In this document: positions 59,212 to 64,000 of the stretch, in pieces
How positions within the stretch are numbered: the first letter of the stretch is position 1
Layout: each line of letters begins with the position of its first letter
DNA from: an uncultured delta proteobacterium
GTDB lineage: Bacteria > Myxococcota_A > Polyangia > Polyangiales > B10-G4
Direction of reading: 5' to 3'
Length of the DNA: 64,000 bases
Assembly (NCBI GenBank): GCA_963727445.1
Contig: CAVSGI010000014.1
Span: 320,001-384,000, forward strand
Translations under genes and position numbers: made by a program
The notes under the pieces: model-generated
Told to the model about the DNA's origin: nothing
What the model saw: the letters and a program-made list of their open reading frames with translations, nothing else
Database searches by the model: none

Positions 59212-60135
59212 ATGTTCGTCTATGCCCTGTTCTGGGACGAAGAATCCGCCGCGACCGCGACGCAGAACCTCCTCGATGCGCACTTCGCAGCGGAGGACAT
59301 CAGCGTGCTGCTCCAGCATGAGGTGTCCGTCGAGGAGTCCGGGCTCGAGCACAAGACCGGCATCCCCCGTGGGGCGGCGATCGGCGGCGTCCTCGGCGCG
59401 GTCGGCGGCGCTCTCACGATCCCGTTCTCGGGGTGGCTCGCCGTCGGCCCGATCCTCGCGGTGCTGAAGGGCGCTTTCTTCGGGGGCGCGACCGGGACGC
59501 TCGCCGGCGTGATGGGCGGCCTCGGGTTCTGGCACGAGGACATCGGTCACGAAAACGAAGAGGAGATTCAGAAGGGCGCAGTGCTCGTCGGTGTCACGAC
59601 ACGCGAGCGGGCGGACATCGTCGAGGAGGCGCTCCAGAAGGCGGGCGCGTTGAACGTTCACCGGGGCAGCAAGGCCGAGGCGGCCGAGGACGTGCGCCTG
59701 CGAGGAAGGTTGGTGGAAGACCACCGCACGATTGATGACAATCTCGCGCAGGTGGCGAACGCTGCCAACGCGGGAGACTTCGACCTGATGGACCAGGCCT
59801 TGAGGAGAGTCGAAGTGCACCTTCGCGGCCACCTCGACGGTGAAGAGAAGTACCTCTTCGGGCGCTTCGAGAAGGAGCACCCGGTCGAGATCGCGGAGCT
59901 CAGAGCCGAGCACGCGCAGTTCCTGGAGACGTTGGAGAAGCTCGAGATCGACGCCGAGCTTCACGCCCTCCGAAGGGGGCGCATCGACGACTTCATCGCG
60001 GCGCTCCGCGCGCACTCCCAGCGCGAGGACGCCAAGCTCTATCAATGGGCGGAGGCGCTTCCGGAGCCTTCCAAGCGCTTGATGTCCAGCTTCCTCTTGG
60101 GGCTGCGCGCGCGTCTACAGGGTGTCGAGAAATAG
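59212..60135 (+). CDS. Glycine-zipper membrane domain fused to a hemerythrin/HHE domain
   Basis: GAAIGGVLGAVGG...GPI...GG..G.LAG..GLG followed by DH...HLDGEE...EH...HSQRED. Confidence 0.78.
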   Translation: MFVYALFWDEESAATATQNLLDAHFAAEDISVLLQHEVSVEESGLEHKTGIPRGAAIGGVLGAVGGALTIPFSGWLAVGPILAVLKGAFFGGATGTLAGVMGGLGFWHEDIGHENEEEIQKGAVLVGVTTRERADIVEEALQKAGALNVHRGSKAEAAEDVRLRGRLVEDHRTIDDNLAQVANAANAGDFDLMDQALRRVEVHLRGHLDGEEKYLFGRFEKEHPVEIAELRAEHAQFLETLEKLEIDAELHALRRGRIDDFIAALRAHSQREDAKLYQWAEALPEPSKRLMSSFLLGLRARLQGVEK

Positions 60136-60473
60136 AGCTGCGCGTTCTTCTTGCCGAGCTCGGCGGGAGGCTGCTCGACGGCCGGACGCAGTGATTGTGG
60201 CGACGCGCTCCCCCAGCCCACCTTCCCGAGATGGGCAGCGACGCGCACCGCGCTCGCGTTCGGCGTCGGCGTGCCGTCGAAGGACTCGAAGCTCGGGTGG
60301 ACGGCGAGGTCCTCCCTGCCTCTGCGGAACGCATAGAGGTGACAGTCCTCCCAGCCGAAGGCGTCCTGGATCGCGGCATGGAGCTGCGCGAACGAGGATT
60401 CCACCGGCAAGCTGATCCGCCGCCAGACGTCGGTGTGGCGGAGCTGTACGTGGAAGACGAAGCGCCTCGCCAT
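60042..60473 (-). pseudogene. Truncated pRiA4b ORF3-like gene fragment
   Basis: VWRRI.LP...F.QLH.AIQ.AFGWEDCHLYAF matches the family N-half. The expected YDFGD.W C-half is absent and the 3' end runs into the convergent gene. Confidence 0.6.
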
Positions 60474-60724
60474 CCGCGCGCGAGGCTCGGCGGCGGGCGA
60501 GAACTGGAGCCTAGCCATCGTCCGGCGTCATCCGATCCCGACTACTGGGCGACGTGGACAGGAAGCGCTGAACGCCGCATTGACTGGCCGTCGATCGCGG
60601 AAGAGTGGTCGTCGGGCGAAGGCTCCGAGTAACGCACGAGGAACCGTCCCCGATGCCGCAACGGTGCTGCGCACACGACCGGGCGGTGTCGGGGAGGCGC
60701 GCGGCGAGCTTGAGCACTGGCGGA

Positions 60725-60967
60725 CTACCAGGGACCCCGTCGAGTGTTGCGAAAGTGATGCTCCTTTCCGCACCTCTCGCAGGCATACCCACGAGCACCG
60801 GCGTAACGCATCCCGCCCTTGAACGAGCACCGAGCGCACTCGATTTTGTGGGTGCTCCATTCTGGTGGCGGCGATTGTCGGATATCCTCTGCGAGGAGCA
60901 CGAGAGCGCGGTGGAGCCGCTGGCGAAAGGGGCTTGCGTAGAGCTTCGGGGGTTCGGAATCGGACAC
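60725..60967 (-). CDS. Possible small zinc-ribbon protein
   Basis: CARC-x15-CERC pair in an ~80-aa ORF; weaker codon bias. Confidence 0.4.
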   Translation of the reverse strand: MSDSEPPKLYASPFRQRLHRALVLLAEDIRQSPPPEWSTHKIECARCSFKGGMRYAGARGYACERCGKEHHFRNTRRGPW

Positions 60968-61073
60968 GTCTTGAGGACTGACGGCGCCCTCGGGAACTGA
61001 CAGGACCGCCCGCCCCGTGCCTACCCCACCTTCCTCGTCGACACCCACACCCGGAACGGGATCACCAACGCAG

Positions 61074-61102
61074 AACGCCCCCAGGGATTGCCTGGAGGCG
61101 TC
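61074..61102 (-). terminator. Hairpin downstream of tRNA-Met
   Basis: Minus strand GACGCCTCCAGG-CAATC-CCTGGGGGCGTT stem-loop; weak U-tract. Confidence 0.6.
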
Positions 61103-61114
61103 GTACGATTCCGT

Positions 61115-61191
<77 letters not shown>

Positions 61192-61205
61192 ATATTGGGA
61201 GCCGG

Positions 61206-61233
61206 AACATAGCCGGATTCATGGGGGTGTCAA
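61206..61233 (-). promoter_or_regulatory. Sigma70 promoter of tRNA-fMet
   Basis: TTGACA-16 bp-TATGTT followed by a GC-rich discriminator (CCGGCTCC), typical of stable-RNA promoters. Confidence 0.8.
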
Positions 61234-61293
61234 GGGTTGGGGGCGGGCCTTTGGATCGCGGGAAAAGCCCTGCGAACGTGGTAGCTTTTCGGC

Positions 61294-62598
61294 GTGGAGC
61301 TCGGGCTCGCTGCTGCTGGGACCTTGGAAGGGCGCGTGCTCGGGCGCTACCACCTGCGCCACAAGCTGGCCGAGGGCGGGATGGCCACGGTCTACCTGGC
61401 GCAGATCCACGGCGAGCACGGATTTTCGCGGTGGGTGGCGGTCAAGGTGGTCCACCCGGAGCAGTCCCACGACCAGAGCTTCGCGACGATGCTCGCCGAC
61501 GAAGCCCGGCTGATCGCCCGGATCCACCATCCCAACGTCTGCTCCGTGATGGATTTCGGGATGGACGCCGGACAGCTCTATCTGGTGATGGAGTATCTGC
61601 ACGGCGAGACGCTGAGCGCGGCCGCCAAGCGCGCCCAGGCCGACGGTCGAACGCTCCCGGCGTGGATCGCTGCGCGCGCCCTCGCGGATGCCGCTCGGGG
61701 CCTGGACGCCGCGCACGAGCTCACGGACGAGGTCGGCAACTCCCTCGAGCTCGTCCACCGCGACGTGTCCCAGGGCAACGTGCTCGTCAGCTACGACGGC
61801 CCGGCGAAGGTGATCGACTTCGGTGTGGTGCGGGCCCGGGGACGCGAGACCAAAACGGCGATCGGTACCGTCAAAGGGAAGATCACTCACATGGCGCCGG
61901 AGCAGCTCCGGGGCGAAGAGGTCGACCGCCGCGCCGATGTCTGGTCGCTGGGGGTGACCCTCTGGGAGACCACCCTCGGTCGCAAGCTCTTCCGAGGCGA
62001 CAGCCCCGCCGAGACCATGATCGCGGTGGCCCGCGGTCCCATCCCGAAGCCGAGCGAGGTCTACCCCAACTACCCGCCGGCCCTCGAGAAGATCGTGATG
62101 AAGGCCCTCACCCGGGACGTCGATAAACGCACCCCGACGGCGCGGGCCTTCGCCCACCAGCTCGAGGCCTACCTCTACAGCCTGGGCAACCCCACGGGCC
62201 ACGCCGAGGTGTCGCGATGGATGAAGCGCACCTTCAGCGATCGTCTCATCGTGCGCGACACGCTGATGACGGCACCCGAAGACAGCGCACCCATCGATTA
62301 CGGCCCCCTCCGCGACGAGCTGTCGCAGAGCAACATCCTCAGCGGCCAGGTGGGCAGCGGCTCCTTCATGCCGCCGGCCATCGAGAGTCCCACCGGCATC
62401 ACCTCGGTCGAGCTCCCCGCCGCTCCGAAGACCCCACAGCCGCAAGCCAGCCAGGATCAGGATCTGGGCGAGCACATCGACGAGACCATGGCCGAGCTCC
62501 GAAAGCAGAACCGCCGCCGCGGCACGGTGGTGACCCTGCTCTTGCTCCTGGTGCTCGGGCTCGGCGCCGCGGCGGCGTACTTCGCGACCCAGGGCTAG
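61294..62598 (+). CDS. Ser/Thr protein kinase with C-terminal TM anchor
   Basis: AEGGMATVY, VAVK, HRDVSQGN, DFG, MAPEQ, terminal TM. Confidence 0.92.
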   Translation: MELGLAAAGTLEGRVLGRYHLRHKLAEGGMATVYLAQIHGEHGFSRWVAVKVVHPEQSHDQSFATMLADEARLIARIHHPNVCSVMDFGMDAGQLYLVMEYLHGETLSAAAKRAQADGRTLPAWIAARALADAARGLDAAHELTDEVGNSLELVHRDVSQGNVLVSYDGPAKVIDFGVVRARGRETKTAIGTVKGKITHMAPEQLRGEEVDRRADVWSLGVTLWETTLGRKLFRGDSPAETMIAVARGPIPKPSEVYPNYPPALEKIVMKALTRDVDKRTPTARAFAHQLEAYLYSLGNPTGHAEVSRWMKRTFSDRLIVRDTLMTAPEDSAPIDYGPLRDELSQSNILSGQVGSGSFMPPAIESPTGITSVELPAAPKTPQPQASQDQDLGEHIDETMAELRKQNRRRGTVVTLLLLLVLGLGAAAAYFATQG

Positions 62599-62601
62599 CG
62601 C

Positions 62602-62913
62602 ATGACCGCGACGGACGAGCTGTCGGAAGAGGCTCTCGACCTCACCCTCTTTCACTACCGCGGCTGCTGGTACTGCCGGCGGGTGTGGAAGGCCCTCGCG
62701 GATCTCGACCTCGTGATCGCCACCCGCGACATCCACCAGGACCTCGACGCCAAGCGCGAGCTCATGGCCGCGCGCGGACGGCGAACGGTACCGGTGCTGC
62801 GCATCGGACAGCCCGACGGGACGCCGCGCTACATGGGCGAGTCGCGCGACATCGAGCGCTACCTGCGCGAGCGATTCGGCGGCGTCAGGGGATCAAGACC
62901 GCCGCGCCGCTGA
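62602..62913 (+). CDS. Glutaredoxin-like protein
   Basis: CWYC, GRRTVPVL, MGESRDI motifs. Confidence 0.88.
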   Translation: MTATDELSEEALDLTLFHYRGCWYCRRVWKALADLDLVIATRDIHQDLDAKRELMAARGRRTVPVLRIGQPDGTPRYMGESRDIERYLRERFGGVRGSRPPRR

Positions 62914-63868
62914 GCCGCCCGTCGCGCAGGCGCGCGAGGGCCTCGTTGGCGTCGGAGAGGGGATGCGCTTCGACGGTAGTCTCGACGGGGATGCGTGGAG
63001 CGAGCTTCAGGAACTCGTCGCCGTCGCGGCGCTCGAGGTTCGCGACCGACACCAGCTTTCGTTCGCGCCAGAGGATGTCGTAGGGGAAGCTCGGGATGTC
63101 GCTCATGTGGATGCCGGCGCAGACCACGGTGCCGCCGGGGCGGACGGCGCGCAGGGCCGCCGGGACCAGCGCGCCGACGGGGGCGAAGATGATCGCGGCG
63201 TCGAGGGGCTCGGGCGGAGGACCGTCGGAGGGGCCGGCCCACTCGGCGCCGAGGCGCTTCGCGAAAGCGGCGGCCGTGTCGTCACCGGGGCGCACGAACG
63301 CGAAGATGCGCTGGCCCTCGTGGCGCGCGACCTGCGCGATGATGTGGGCCGCCGCGCCGAAGCCGTAGACGCCGAGGCGTTCGGCTTCGCCCGCCATGCG
63401 CCAGGAGCGGTACCCGATGAGCCCCGCGCACAAGAGCGGCGCCGAGTGGGCGTCGTCGGTGTCGCCGGGGAGCGGGAAGGTGTAGCGCGCGTCGGCCACG
63501 GTGTACTCCGCATAGCCGCCGTCGATGGTGTAGCCCGTGAAGCGCGCGCGCTCGCACAGGTTCTCTCGACTCGCGCGACAGTGCACGCACTCGCCGCAGG
63601 TCCAGCCGAGCCAGGGGATGCCGACGCGCTGGCCGACAGACAGACCCTCGACGCCCTCGCCGAGCGCGCTGACCTCGCCGACGACCTCGTGACCGAGGAT
63701 CAGCGGAAGCTTCGGCTCGGTGAGATCGCCGTCGACCACGTGCAGGTCCGTGCGGCAGACGCCGCAGGCGTGCACCTTCACCTGCACCTGTCCGGCGCCG
63801 GCCGTCGGTGTGGGCACCTCCGCCATGCGTAGCGGCGTGCCCTCCCCTTCGAAGATCATCGCGCGCAC
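62885..63868 (-). CDS. Zinc-dependent alcohol dehydrogenase family protein
   Basis: CGVCRTDLH, GHEVVG, CGECVHC...C, GVYGFGAAA. Confidence 0.93.
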   Translation of the reverse strand: MRAMIFEGEGTPLRMAEVPTPTAGAGQVQVKVHACGVCRTDLHVVDGDLTEPKLPLILGHEVVGEVSALGEGVEGLSVGQRVGIPWLGWTCGECVHCRASRENLCERARFTGYTIDGGYAEYTVADARYTFPLPGDTDDAHSAPLLCAGLIGYRSWRMAGEAERLGVYGFGAAAHIIAQVARHEGQRIFAFVRPGDDTAAAFAKRLGAEWAGPSDGPPPEPLDAAIIFAPVGALVPAALRAVRPGGTVVCAGIHMSDIPSFPYDILWRERKLVSVANLERRDGDEFLKLAPRIPVETTVEAHPLSDANEALARLRDGRLSGAAVLIP

Positions 63869-63871
63869 CTG

Positions 63872-64000
63872 TCAGCCCCCCATGATCGCCAGCTGCTCGT
63901 CGACGGAGAGCACGCGACGGAAGATGCGGATGTCGTCGATGAAGCCGTCGAAGCTGTCCTCGATCGAGCCGCCGGTCTCCCAGTCGGCGCCCACCATGAA
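63872..64000 (-). CDS. C-terminal end of a LamG/concanavalin-A-like domain protein (partial)
   Basis: Manual translation FMVGADWETGGSIEDSFDGFIDDIRIFRRVLSVDEQLAIMGG*. Confidence 0.75.
   Translation of the reverse strand, partial: FMVGADWETGGSIEDSFDGFIDDIRIFRRVLSVDEQLAIMGG

Noticed and set aside
58810..60045. Apparent 400-aa N-terminal extension of the serpin
   Set aside because: Mostly antisense to the hemerythrin-fusion gene; the serpin has its own lipoprotein signal starting at 58809.

Overview
A very GC-rich bacterial chromosomal segment. It is most consistent with Myxococcota (Polyangiales/Sandaracinaceae-like), inferred from four eukaryote-like Ser/Thr kinase genes, many lipoproteins with Asp-Ala-Gly linkers and Cys-rich repeats, and PEGA, FHA and TPR-cNMP proteins. 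It holds about 50 CDSs: PspA-like protein plus membrane partner, ketopantoate reductase, FIST plus histidine kinase, double-FKBP, class III aminotransferase, pseudokinase, subtilase, RCC1-repeat lipoprotein, NhaP-type antiporter, GH92, S1-domain protein, SDR, JmjC oxygenase, Kelch, IgGFc-binding protein, LuxR regulator, FAD oxidase, orphan TolC, serpin, hemerythrin fusion, glutaredoxin and Zn-ADH. There is one initiator tRNA-Met with a clear promoter and a downstream hairpin. I saw no CRISPR array, rRNA, integrase or transposase. Four genes carry single-base (+1) frameshifts, most likely assembly errors; one lies in a G9 tract. The best candidate for an undescribed system is a Pro/Asp-repeat small lipoprotein translationally coupled to a JmjC 2OG-Fe(II) oxygenase (34159-35576). 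Widespread apparent leaderless genes and several operator-like repeats are also notable. All family calls come from motif recognition by eye, not database searches.
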